A stretch of DNA of 57,597 nucleotides. It comes from Hemiscyllium ocellatum (taxonomy: Eukaryota). The stretch is from contig NC_083418.1 in NCBI RefSeq assembly GCF_020745735.1, forward strand, positions 36,597,776 to 36,655,372, given 5' to 3'. The stretch's first letter is position 1, and each line of letters opens with the position of its first letter. Positions 26,642-38,935 of this stretch are shown here, one piece after another. The position numbers were made by a program, and so were the translations under genes. The notes under the pieces were generated by a model, which saw nothing but the letters and a program-made list of their open reading frames with translations, was not told where the DNA came from and did not search any database.

Positions 26642-26774
26642 CCTGATGAACCACATGATGAAGGAGCGGTGTTCCAAAAGCTAATGCTTCCAAATTAACC
26701 TGTTGGACTATAGCTTGGTGTTGTGTGATTTTTAACTTTGTCCACCACAGTCCAACACTGGTACCTCCAAATCA
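26642..26774 (+). mobile_element. Solo PLE terminal repeat (family of 47513-49610) with decayed hammerhead
   Basis: 12-bp TSD TCCCCTTAAAAG (26630-26641, 26775-26786); CACATGATGAAGGAGCGGTGTTCCAAAAGCTAATG followed by sequence matching 49488-49610. Confidence 0.88.
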
Positions 26775-27249
26775 TCCCCTTAAAAGTATCTACATTATGC
26801 ACCTCACTATTCCCTTTGGTTGTGTATTCCTCATTTCAACACCTTTTGGTTATTAAAGTTATTTTTGAATTCATTGTTTAATTTTTAGTGGTGACTATCT
26901 TATACTGTTTGAAAATAAATTAATAACCAATTACCTACTTTGTCACTTCAAATTATTCTTTTCCAGGATCACAAACAATAGAGTTTACTTGCCTGAATCT
27001 TTCCTCCTCCTCAGAAACTGCAGTATTTAATAGACAAAGTTGACATTAATTAAACAATATACATTGATTTACTTCATCTTCTTCCTATTCTTTACAATCT
27101 TTGCACTATGAGTCATAGGTCTTCATCTAGCTTTCTCAATTAGAAAAAAGTCTCCTATGTTTTGAAATAATAATATTTACTGGATTCAATTACTTTAAAG
27201 TGTTTAAGCATAAGGACCTTACAGATTCCCCTCCTGAATAGGAACTATA

Positions 27250-27435
27250 TTGCTGTTTTTTCACTGTCACTGGATCAGAATGCTGAAAATTCTTTCCTAA
27301 TAACATTATGAGTGTCTCTACACCCACATGGTAATGTAGCAGTATAAGAAAATGGGTCATCTCCACATTCTCAAGGCAATTAAGAATGGGCCAGGAATGT
27401 CATGGCCAGGAACACCCACATCTTATGAAAAAATA
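27250..27435 (+). mobile_element. L2/CR1-superfamily LINE 3' end
   Basis: TTCACTGTCACTGGATCAGAA...TTCTCAAGGCAATTAAGAATGGGC...CCCACATCTTATGAAAAAAT. Confidence 0.65.
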
Positions 27436-28032
27436 AAAGAAGATCTGTGCCTCCTGATAAACAGTATCTTGTTTCCAAGCCTTTTCCTGAATTATTTCTC
27501 GTCACTGTTCTGTTGACGAGTTTTATTTACATCTCTTTTTGTCTTCAAATTGCCAGTGAAATTACAGGGATTCCTCTGAAAAATCAGACTTGTGAAATGT
27601 GTACTGCTGCTCAAAAATAGAAGCTAAAGGGACATTGTTTTCCTGATCGAATCACTGTCATACATTAAAGCAGTGATCTGCTGGGAGCTAGTTGTGCTGC
27701 AATGAAGTTAAGTATAAAATAATTTTTGGCAATGTTTAAACATTTAGATTTAAGAGATATTTTCTCAAGGCTCCATTCTTTACTCATATTTTACTGATAA
27801 AATCAGTTAATGAAAAAACTCGGCATTTCTTCTGAGTTGCCAGGTTTCCTCTGGTTTCAATGGGAACAGCGAAACTGGCAAAAAGAAAATCCCTCCTTCT
27901 TATTCTTCTTTCTCTCTCAGTATACAATCAGCTCTGAACACATTAAAAACAAGAAACAAGTAATAGCAAGTATTGATTTGCCTCATCTTTGAGCTTTCTG
28001 TACATACTGGTGCAAGTTTCTCTGGTACTTCA

Positions 28033-28536
28033 CAATCATAGATCCACACAGGTTGAAAGCAGACCCTTTGGTCCAACCAGTCCATGCCAACCATAGTCTC
28101 AAGCTAAACTAGTCACACCAGCCTGTGCTTGGCCCATATGTTTCTTATCGGTGTACTTACATAAATGTTTTTTGAACATTGTAACTGTACCCACATCCAC
28201 CACTTCCTCTGGAAGTCTATTTCATACAGGAGCCATCGTCTGTGTTAAAATAAAAACTGTTTTAATCTTTCTCCTTTCATCTTAAAAATATGCACCTTAG
28301 TCTTGAAATCTCCCATCCTAGGGAAAAGAATCTTGCCAATCACTTTATCTATACACCTCATGATTTTATAAACCTCCATAAGGGCAACCCTCAACCTTCC
28401 ATGCTACAGTGAAAAAAGCCTCAGACTATCCAGCTTCTCTCCATAACTCAAATCCTCCATAACTGATAATATCCTTTCTGAAGCCCCTTAATAATATCCA
28501 TCTTATAACAGGGTGACCAGAACTGGACACAGTACT
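28033..28536 (-). mobile_element. CR1 3' fragment
   Basis: GACCCTTTGGTCCAACCAGTCCATGCC and CCACCACTTCCTCTGG, homologous to 18442-18947. Confidence 0.85.
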
Positions 28537-29382
28537 GATTGAAGCAACTATTTTCAGTATACCTGTTGGTGAATGTTAGCAGGCAATTGAATTGCAAAAT
28601 AATTCACAAATAAACCCAAACTTTCCTCAAATGGTCGCCTGTGTACTTGCACTTCCCATTCAAGGTCACCAGACAGCAAGTCAGAGTGCTAATCCTGGAT
28701 AATTTCCCCACCATTATTTAGTGATGCCAAGGTAATAACACTCCTATTAGTAATGCCTTGACTATCGGTAAACTAATGCAGCGTATGCTTGACTTCTGAT
28801 GCGTGCTTCTCCACATGACAACAGTAAAACATTTGCAAAGTTGTTCTCACCGAAGTATAACCAGGCAATCTGAGAGCATAGTGAGAGTTAGCTGGCAATA
28901 TTCTGATGCTCACATTTCAAATGTTTTCTATTTTTGTTTCATATTTAATTTTTTCAGAGTTTTCCTATTCATAGTACTCTGTTTACAAGCTCTGAATTTT
29001 TTTGGTATTATTTGTTGTTACTGGTCCTTATTTAAATGTTGGAACTGATGAGATCAGAATGAAAATGTCAGGACACTAACTTTTTACCACTCAGAAAACC
29101 CCACTCAATGTAAAATGCACAGACGTTGACTTTTGACAATAGATCCAGTAAGTCAGTAGGAATAGCAATCCATAAATGGAAAATAAAAATTAATACTTTT
29201 TGGATTGGTCATAATAGCAATTAGTGACTTTCAGTCCTCATTTATTTTGCAGATGCACATATACCTAATTTAAACAAATGAACTGTTAAAATGTTTGAAC
29301 AAATCATTTGAATTTTTAACTAATAAGCTTGCTTTCACATACTTTCATCATTCAAGTGGATTCATTATGAATAATAATAACT

Positions 29383-29630
29383 TAAAGCAAAATACTGTGG
29401 ATGCTGAAATTCTGAAATAAAAACAGAAGTACTGGAGAAACTCAGCAGGTCTGGCAGGGCTTATGCTCGAAACGTCGAATTCTCTATTCCTGAGATGCTG
29501 CCTGGCCTGCTGTGCTTTGACCAGCAACACATTTGCAGCTGGCAGCATCAATACAGAGAGAAACAGAGTTAATATTAACCCTCTGAGACATAATAGACTC
29601 AAAACATTGACTCTGTGGCTTTCACACTCA
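29383..29630. mobile_element. Old PLE hairpin remnant with a younger PLE terminal repeat (29458-29538) nested inside
   Basis: Inner insert is flanked by TSD CTGGCAG (29451-29457, 29539-29545) and starts (G)GGCTTATGCTCGAAACGTCGAATTC. Confidence 0.82.
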
Positions 29631-31614
29631 GAAGCAATGCAAGAGTGATTCTGTAAGATTGTTTTCCCCATTGCCCTCTCGCCTTCTTATATCTGTTGTT
29701 CCCTTTGACTCTTGCACTGGTGGGTGAGGTGATCCAGGGAAGAGCTGTCCTTTTACCTCTGGACTGTCAGAAGTGACTATGGTGACGGACCCTAACTGCC
29801 TGGTGTGAAATTGTTACCTGACTCACTATGATGCCCACAGTCTGACGGATTGCAGTTCCAGTGTCCACAATTGATATCCCCAGCAAATCGATCGCAGCAC
29901 TAGCCGCTGGTAACTCCCCTTGACTTTCAGTGAACAGAACCTTTGGATGGGCCATGGGCCACTGCTCCAGCCCTGTGACTGACCTAAAAAGACAGTGATG
30001 AGTGCCTGTACCCCTGACCTATGTGGAGCTGCCTGACGCATCACTAATCCCTGGACTGGTTGCTCTGCATCTTCAGGACTAACTGTGGGCTACTCCCTGG
30101 ATATAATAGTGTGGACATGCTGATGCTGATCAACCCAAGTACCCGACTGACTGTATCCAAGCCCCTGGATTGATAATGAATGTCAGAATGTGGAAACGTG
30201 CAACCCGTTGAGTATACCATGGAACTTGTCAAGTCTGCTGCACCACACAACATGATTACGGCTGATTAAACATTCCAGTGCCTTTACCCCACATTATCCC
30301 AAAAACCTTTACACTATCGATATTTAAAATCCATCAAACTTAACTTTAAATATACTCAAAGACTAAACTTTTACAGGCCTCTGGCAAAAAAAATTCCAAA
30401 GATTCACAACTGTTTGAATCCTTAAAAGTCTCTCCTCTTCTGGCTCATAAATGGTATACAATGCCTTCTATGTTCAGTGCCTGATTGATAACAATCGGCC
30501 TTGTCTTGACTGAGTACTACTCCCTTTAGCCTTGAAGTCTTGTCAATTTGGTTGATGCACGCGCATTACGTTTGTCGTGTTAACTGCTGGCACATGCTAT
30601 AGGTTTGGCACTGATGTAGCAATGTGCAGTACAGTAACATGTTGACCCTCTTCCCTGATCATTGCTAGCAACCATAACAAGCTGCTTGGTTCTAATGTGC
30701 TTAAAAGCCAAAACAAGATAGAAGTACTGTGAGCCGACATGTTCAAAGTGCAAGAAAGTCAGAGATGTGTGCATCCAAATAAACACAAACTGATTGAGAA
30801 CGAAGAAAGCAGACTGAGTCCTGAGTTTCATCTTGCTCCAATCCATGAGATGGCAGCAGTATCAAAATGAGAGGTGACAGTGTACTTGTTGATGTAGTAC
30901 TGAAGTGGAGAACTGTATTCTAAGTGAGTTGGATGTGTGCCCTTATGACATGGTGAGGCTGGCATGTATCCAGTGCCAATCACCAAGGACAAAGGATGTA
31001 GGCAGCCACTGCTCTTAGAGCCTGCCCTTATGTGTTGGGGAGCGCTGGCCACAATGGAAGCCCAGTAGAGCAAATGGTGAGCTGAAGTCACCAGGTGTTT
31101 GCTGAGACTTTCTTGTCTAAAATGTTGCAATATATTTCCTTGATGTTACTAGGGAGAATAGAAAATTGCTTAAAAATGAGATAAAATAGGTAATAATGAT
31201 ATATTAACGCACGCAAATGGGTCTCCTTTGGACCATCCCATCCACCAGACCCCTGCTAGCCAACCTGATTAACAGCTATCTCCAGGGTAATACTTCGGAC
31301 ACAGTGACTGTGAAAGGCAATTCCTGGTTTGCAGTATTTGACCTTGTGCACATTTGGATATTAGTGTGTGAATACCAGACTGTTCCTGCTGCAGCAAACA
31401 CATCTATCAGTCAATGCAAGAGAGTACAAGAATAGTGCCATGGAGGTGTGGTGCATACATAATGAGATCAGCATAGTAAAACTCCCCAAAATGGACACAT
31501 AGCTGAATTTTGGCAAAATTCAGCCTTTATAAATTTCTGCATGGTACCCTGGTTTTATTCCACTATGGATTTAAAGTTGTGGTGTTTACAGCAGGGGTAT
31601 TATCCTGAACAGTA

Positions 31615-33720
31615 ATGGATAGATTCTCTTTTGTTGGTGACAGTCATTGGCTGGTACCTGAGTCATGCTTTTCAGTCAAAGCTGAGATGTTGTCCAGGTT
31701 TGGCATTACATCGAAAAGGACTTTTCAGTGTCTGAGGTGTCATGAATGGTGATGAACAATGTGCAATGACCAGTGATCATTCCATTTCTGAACTTAGTAT
31801 GAAGGAATGTCAATGAGGAAGAAGCTGAAAAGAGTTGAGCCTATAGCATTACCATGAGGAGTTCCTGCAGAAATATCCTTGAGCTGAGACGATAATCTCC
31901 AACATGCACAACCATCTTCTTTAGTGCTAAATATGACTCCAGATAGTGAAGATCTTTTCCCATTGATTCATATTGACTTTGCTCAGGCCTCTTGTACAAT
32001 ACTTGGTGATATGCTGGCTTAATGTCAAGGACAGTCACCCTCACCTCAACTCTGGCATTCAGCTGTTGTCCATGTTTGGACCAAGGCTACACTGAAATCC
32101 AGAGCTGCTTGGCTCTCGAGGAAACCAAACTGAGCATCAGTGAGCAGATTATTCCTTTGCAAGTGTCACTTGGTTGCACAGTTGATGGTGACCCCCTCCA
32201 TCATTTTCTGATGATTGAGAGTAGGTAAATAGGGCAGTAATGAGATGAGTTGAATTGTCCTGCTTTCTTTGGAACAGGACATACTTGGGCAATTTTGCAT
32301 ATGATCACATAACTATTATAACTATGGTGGAACAGACTTGCTAGGGAGTGCATCTAGTTCTGGAGCACAAATCTTCAATACAATGACTGGAATGTTATCA
32401 AGGCCCATCGCCTTTTCAGCATCTAGTGTCTTTAGCTGTTCTTTGATATAATGTGAAGTGAATTGAACTGTTTGAAGACTGATATTTATGATGCTGAGGG
32501 GCTTAGAAGGGCACCAAGGTGGATCACCTAAGGAGCACTTCTGGTGGAAGCAAAGGCTGAACCTTATATTTTACATTGATGTGTTATTCTCCCCCATCAC
32601 TGGCAATATGAATATTTGTGGTGATTCCTCTTGTTAGCTGTTTAATTGACCATAATCATTCACAATTGGATGTAGCAGCACTACAGAGCTTAGATCTGAT
32701 CTATTCATTGTGGAATCATAGAGTCATAGAGATGTACAGCACGGAAACAGATCCTTCAGTCCAACTCGTCCATGCCAACCAGATATCTCAACCCAATCTA
32801 GTCCCACATGCCAGCACCTGGCCCATTTCCCTCCAAACCCTTCCTATTCATATACCCATCCAGATGCCTTTTAAATGTTGTAATCGTACTAGCCTCCACC
32901 ACTTCATCTGGCAGCACTTCGCATTTATCTAAATTAAACTCTTCAGCTCTGTCTGTTGCATGCTGCTTCTGCTGTTCTGCATGCCAGTAGCATCACCAGG
33001 TTAACACCACATTTTTTAGATTGGTCCTTGCAAGCCCTCTTGCAGTCTTCATTGAACCAGATTTGATCATGAAGCTGGATGGTAAGGGTAGAGTGACAAA
33101 TATACCAGGCTAAGATGGCTAGGGATTATAATTGAATACAATTCTGCTGTCCTGGCCCACAACACCTAATGACCAGTTTTAAGTTGCTAGATGCCCCCAT
33201 TCAAAGTCTGTCCCAACTAGCATTATGTTAATAACTAGCATTCTCAATCTAATGATGGGGCTTCATCTCCATAAAGACTGCAGTCGGCTCTTCTTCCATT
33301 ACAGTCATGAGTGGTTACAAATGAGTTGTAGATAAGGGTGGATGAGATCCAGTATGGATCTCTCTCTTGTTGGTTCCCTCGCCAGTTGCTGTTTATCCAG
33401 TCTAGCGGCAATATTATTTAGGATTTGAGCAATTTAGTCATTAGTGGAGATACCAAGTCAACTTTGTGATGGACATCAAACCTCTTGCCCAGTGTCCTTC
33501 AGTGCTTGTTCAAAGTGGTATTCAACACAGAGGAGAACTGAATCATCAGACAAGGGGAATGCGGTAGATAGAGCCAATGCCATGAGACGTCATGGGGTCC
33601 AGACTCAATATTGAGCACTCCTATATAACTCCAGCTTGTCTGTATACTGCTGGGCTGCAAGCCAGAGCTGGTGATGATGGTATTTGGAACATTTTGGGAA
33701 AGGTACAATGTGCAGATATA
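31615..33720 (-). mobile_element. Degraded L2/CR1-superfamily LINE ORF2, with nested CR1 3' end (32715-32940)
   Basis: Minus strand VTVLDIKPAY (xDxxxAFD-like RT motif) and GCAGGAACTCCTCATGGT (GVPQG-like); homologous to 47243-47512 and 49611-50040. Confidence 0.75.
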
Positions 33721-33910
33721 TCAATGATACACTATCACATGCAAATTACCTCATTGCTCACAACTTTAACATCTTTATTCCTCTCAAATAACTCTTCTTC
33801 AGAACTGAGTAAAAGTTGTTGTATGATCTAAAATTCAAAGAACTCTCTAAATCAGATGAATTGTGCAAATAGATATTTGCAAAAACATCAACAAGAAAAA
33901 TCAGTTTCGA

Positions 33911-34927
33911 AGAGATCTTGGAGTGCAGGTTCATAGCTCCTTGAAAGTAGAGTCGCAGGTAGATAGGATAGTGAAGAAGCCATGCTTTGGTATGCTTTCC
34001 TTTCTTGGTCAGAGTATTGAGTACAGGAGTTGGGAGGTCATGTTGTGGCTGTACAGGACATTGGTTAGGCCACTTTTGCAATATTGCGTGCAATTCTGGT
34101 CTCCTTCCTATTGGAAAGATGTTTAGATTAGATTACTTACAGTGTGGAAACAGACCCTTTGGCCCAACAAGTCCACACCGACCTGCCGAAGTGCAACCCA
34201 CCCAGACCCATTCCCCTACACTTAACACTATGGGCAATTTAGCATGGCCAAATCACCTAACCTGCATATTTTTGGATTGTGGGAGGAAACCGGGGCACCT
34301 GGAGGAAACCAACACAGACATGGGGAGAATGTGCAAACTCCACACAGAGAGTTGTCTGAGGCGGGAATTGAACCTGGGTCTCTGGCACTGTGAGGCAGCA
34401 GTGCTAACCACTGTGCCACAGTGTCACCCATGTTGTGAAACTTGAAAAGGTTCAGAAAAGATTTACAAGGATGTTGCCAAGGTTGGAGGATTTGAGCTAT
34501 AGGGAGAGCTTGAAAAGGCTGGGGCTGTTTTCCCTGGAGCATCGGAGGCTGAGGAATGACCTTATAGAGGTTTATAAAATCATGAGGGGCATGGATAGGG
34601 TAAACAGGCAATGTCTCTTCCCTCAGGTGGTGGAGTCCAGAACTAGAGGGCTTAGGTTTATGGTGAGAGGGGAAAGATATAAAAGCGACCTAAGTGGCAA
34701 CCTTTTCACGCAGATGGTGGTACGTGTATGGAATGAGCTGCCAGAGGAAGTGGTGGAGGCTAGTATGATTGAAACATTTAAAAGGCATCTGGATGGGTAT
34801 ATGAATAGGAAGGGTTTGGAGGGATATGCACTGGGTATTGCAGGTGGGACTAGATTGGGTTGGAATATCTGGTTGGCATGGACAAGTTAGAAGGGTCTGT
34901 TTCCGTGCTGTACATCTCTATGACTCT
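33911..34927 (+). mobile_element. CR1 3' portion with nested HE1 SINE
   Basis: RDLGVQV..LYRTLVRPLLQYCVQFWSP and LEKVQKRFTRMLP..WNELPEEVV; TCTCTATGACTCT tail. Confidence 0.95.
34124..34430 (-). mobile_element. HE1-type V-SINE
   Basis: Full length, antisense; ATGTT duplication at both ends. Confidence 0.93.
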
Positions 34928-35220
34928 TAAAAAAAAGTCCTGCTAAGAACTGTTGGGAGGATTGCAGTTGATGATCCTTGTAAATGATTTCCATGACATC
35001 TTGATGGAATCGTTCCAATTTTTCAATGACAATGAACTGCATGGCAAGTGAAAATTTACATGATATAAATATGTTGATTGAGGAAGTTTGGGACTTTATA
35101 GGATTTACAACACAAAAGTAGGCTCAATCATATCCATGTCACTCCACACCCTTCTGTTCACCCTCTGTAGGACAGTACTTGTGCTGTGATTTGAGTTCCA
35201 GCCCCACTCCAGCAACCTTT

Positions 35221-37673
35221 TGCATTGATTGTAGCAAGGTCAGCCAGGTGAATCTCATAGAATATGAGTTCCCTGATTGGGTCTGTTAATCTGGTCCAAT
35301 TAGGGCGCCCTGGCTGACAGATAGAAACAGTAGTGTTAGAGATTCTGTTCACTCTGAGAGCTGGCTCTGTGAAAGAACGATCAAGAACTTTCCACGTGTT
35401 AATAAAGGGTGACTTGGGGATGGGATACCGGCCTCTGTGGAGTTGTTTCAGTGCTGACAAGGGTATGATTAATGATATAACCATGCAAAAGCGCCTATTG
35501 GTAGAAGCCCAATTGGACTTCAATTACAGCAACTGGCTTTATCATTGGAAAATGTAACAAGTGGAGCATAAGAATTGCAGGGTATTTCAATGGAAATGGA
35601 CACCTTTGTCAGTCCGACTGAGCTTGGGGAACACCACTTGAATGAAGGCAATTGTATAGCCTCACTCAAGACATAGCCTGGACAGAGGGACTCTTGGTCA
35701 GCCCACAGCTAGACCCCAAAACAATGCCAAGCCTCGGCTGAATATCTAAAACTTTCCTCGGGATCCAGGCAGGCAAGCCATTGTAGTTGCTGCTGGTATG
35801 TGGAAAATAGGACAGGAAAAGAGTGACACTAGATCTAAATGGAGTAAGAGAACAAATGGGCCAATATTCAGGAGAGTGCACATCCTGGTTTGGAACAGTT
35901 AAGTTGCTTAGCCGCATCCAAATCAGAACCAATCAAAATAAGCATCTAGTTAAATGGTCACTGGGTTCTAAAGGTGATCGATACAGGTGCGGCCGTTTCA
36001 GAGATCACAGAACAGGTCTTCAACCAAATTCACTCTGGACTCCAACCCTTAAGCTTGCATAAGGTGGCATGGTGGCTCAGTGGTTAGCACTGCTGCCTCA
36101 TAGTGCTAGGGACCCGGGTTCAATTCCGCTTCAGGCAAATGTCTGTGTGGAGTTTGTACATTCGCCCCGTGTCTGCGTGGATCTCCTCTGAGTGCTCCGG
36201 TTTCCTCCCACAGTCCAAAGATGTGCAGGTTAGGTGATTTGGCCATGTTAAATCGCCTGTAGTGTTAGGTGCATTAGTCAGAGGGGAATGGGTCTGAGTG
36301 GATTACTCTTCGGAGGGTTGGTGTGGACTTGTTAGGCCGAAGGGCCTGTTTCCACACTGTAGGAAATCTAATCTAATCTAAGACCTTGGCTTGACTAAGA
36401 GCCTATTTAAGGGAACCTTTACAGATTAATTGTACAACTTTGGTTTTGGTCTCTTATGAGATGCATCTGGTTCAGTTACCACTGACTATGATAAAAAGCT
36501 CAGCCCAAGCCTGATGGTGCAACTTCAGTTGAGAAAGATTCACCTCAATTGGTTCAACATTTTCCAATTCAAAAGTAGTTGCCTGGGTGAAGTCCTAATT
36601 ACATACCCGGAAGGTTTTCAGGAAGATCTAGGGACTATCAAAGGAGACAAGGCCACCTTGCATGTTGACCAGGAAGCAATTCCAGGGTTCTGCAAGGCCC
36701 ACCCAGCGCTATTTGCCTTGGGGGCAAAAGTAGAGGCAGAATTAAAGACTGGAATGCAAAGGAGTCTTCAATCCAGTCCAGTCTGCGGAATGGGCAGCAT
36801 CAGTTGTGCTGATTGTAAAGCCAGTTGCGTTGGTTTGGCTTTGTTGGAATTTCAGTTGGACAGTAAACCACTTTTCACAGCTGAATAAATACCCAATCCC
36901 TCTCATTGAGGATTTGTATGCAATGAGAGGAGTGCTGTCCTTCATGAAGCTAGACATGAGCCGTGCTTACCCACCACTGCAGTTAGATGAGGGTTCCCAG
37001 AAGTATGCTACAATTAATACTCATAAGGGTTTGTACTAATATGTGAGACTTCCAACTGGGATATCATCAACCTGTGAAACTTTTAGCAGATGATGGAGAA
37101 TGTTTTATAACACATACTCCGGGTCACCATTTAGCTAGATGACATGCTAATAACAGGGAAGGTTAATAAGGAGCACATAGGGAACTTGCACATAGTCCTT
37201 AAATGTTTCTGCCAGGCCTTAGAAGGGAAATATGAGTGTCTCAGGCACTCCAAGTGATCTACTTGGGACTACAGAGTTGACAAGACTGGGTTACACTCAT
37301 TGGAAGATAAAGTGATGGCAATCAAAGGTCCCTGCCTCCCGTGTCTGTCCCAGACCTTAGTCTTTCCTTGGCTTGGTGAAATATTATGGAAAGTTCATAC
37401 ATAACCTGCCTATGTCTTCAGACTCAAAGGGGGAAGGGGTGTAGTGAGTGTAACAAGATCAGTCATGTGGACCTCATTGAATATGAGTTCCCTGATTGGA
37501 GCTGTTCATCTGGTCCAATCAGGGAACCCTGGTTGACCAATAAGGACAGGAATGTCAGAGGTTTTGCTCAGTCTGACAGCTGTCTTTGAAGAAGCCAGAC
37601 CAGTGCATTCCTATGCATGTGTAAACAAAGAGTGACTTGGTGAAGGGATACTGGCCTCCGTGAAATTATTTAA
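35221..37673 (+). mobile_element. Decayed, internally deleted Ty3/Gypsy LTR retrotransposon with both LTRs
   Basis: Direct repeats 35221-35450 and 37440-37673 (TG...CA/AA); PBS-like GTGCTGACAAGG after the 5' LTR; PPT AAAGGGGGAAGGGG at 37426-37439; protease VIDTGAAVS (35974-36000); RT YPIPLIEDL..KLDMSRAY..INTHKGLY..LDD; flanks CTTT / CTTA. Confidence 0.92.
36062..36380 (+). mobile_element. HE1-type V-SINE inserted in the Gypsy pol region
   Basis: GGTGGCATGGTGGCTCAGTGGTTAGCAC head and (AATCT)3 tail. Confidence 0.93.
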
Positions 37674-37799
37674 CTTATGATCCTTTGATTCCCAACAGCC
37701 ATTAATTCTCCTCTACCCACTTTGATCTGTAACCCAATTCTATCACAGCTTTTGAGATTACAGAATATTTCCTGTTCAGCAGCTTTAGCTGCTAATTTC

Positions 37800-38935
37800 A
37801 CATCATGAAAGTTTTACTACTGATTAAGTAAGTGTATTTGTCTGTTATTGCGTATAATTTATGCAGCAACTGAGTTGACAGGGCATGTCTTCGGCAAACT
37901 GGAGATTGCACTTAGACAACTCTTCTTTAAAACACTATCTAAAGCTAGGCTCTTTGCTTGTGTTCTTTGTCAGGGCTGCTTTGAGTAGCCTAAGCCGAAG
38001 CAGGTTCTAGGGTATTACTTTCACTCTCCTTCTCTCCCTGGGCTGAAGAGAGGGAAAAGTATTTATCAGAAATCCCATTTTTAATTGCAACATAGTGACC
38101 TCTGCTGGAAAATGAGTGTGTATCCATATGCAATCATCTCTATATATCTGCAGGTATGCATATGATTGTAGGAGCAAATGTGCATGCATACGTGTGTGTG
38201 TGTCTGTGTGTATACATATATATATTTTTATGTGTGAATATGAAATTGTTTGTACAAATGTGAAACGTGTAGGCAGACATTGTTGAGATTCAGGCCTAGT
38301 CATAATGTCTTATTCCTCCTCTACAGTCTCAAACAAATCATTCCACACTATCTAAAGCAAATAAAAAAGACTGTTTATAATTAAATTAAGCTGCATTTGG
38401 CTTCAATGTTCCTCATTTATGAAGCAGAATCTGAGTGAGGATTTTCATCTCTAATTTTCACCATAATTTTTAGAAAGTGCATTTCGTGGTCATTGAGAAA
38501 GGGCTGCAGTGATTCCCTCCAATGTCAAATAGCACAGACGCTTAAAATTCATCTTTATGGAATCGTTAGATGGGAAAAATACTGGAGGCAGTTAGGGTGA
38601 GTATAATGGTTTCCCAGTGAAACAGATAGAAAGAAAATCAATGGATGAAGACAGAGAACATTTCAAAGCGCAGAGAACCTAGGAATTATAATGTAATGTT
38701 GTCCTTAACTACCTTGAAAACACAGTCACATTTCAGTTGTTTGGTTACTCAGTTGTTAAGTGAAGTGTTAAACAAAGTTTACAGCAACTCTCACCTTCTT
38801 TCCCAGGAGAATGTCAAACAGTCTGGGCCTCACCAGGCTAATCCAAATATAATTCTTGCTCATCTATCTCGCTGCAGCTTTCTCCTTCATTGTTGTTAGT
38901 AGTTTCAGCAGAGTCCACTGTATGAAAATCACTGG
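37800..38935 (+). repeat. Arm A of a ~1.1 kb inverted duplication
   Basis: Reverse-complement homologous to 46075-47240; 38686-38826 versus 46185-46325 has 8 mismatches in 141 bp and no gaps. Confidence 0.92.
38093..38108 (-). promoter_or_regulatory. CTCF-like motif CCAGCAGAGGTCACTA
   Basis: Resembles the CTCF core CCASYAGRKGGCRSYR; kept at 15/16 in the other arm while the flanks diverge. Not PWM-scored. Confidence 0.5.

Noticed and set aside
29680-31260. Possible decayed Harbinger internal region or gene exons
   Set aside because: Composition is suggestive but I found no convincing protein motif in the frames I could read.
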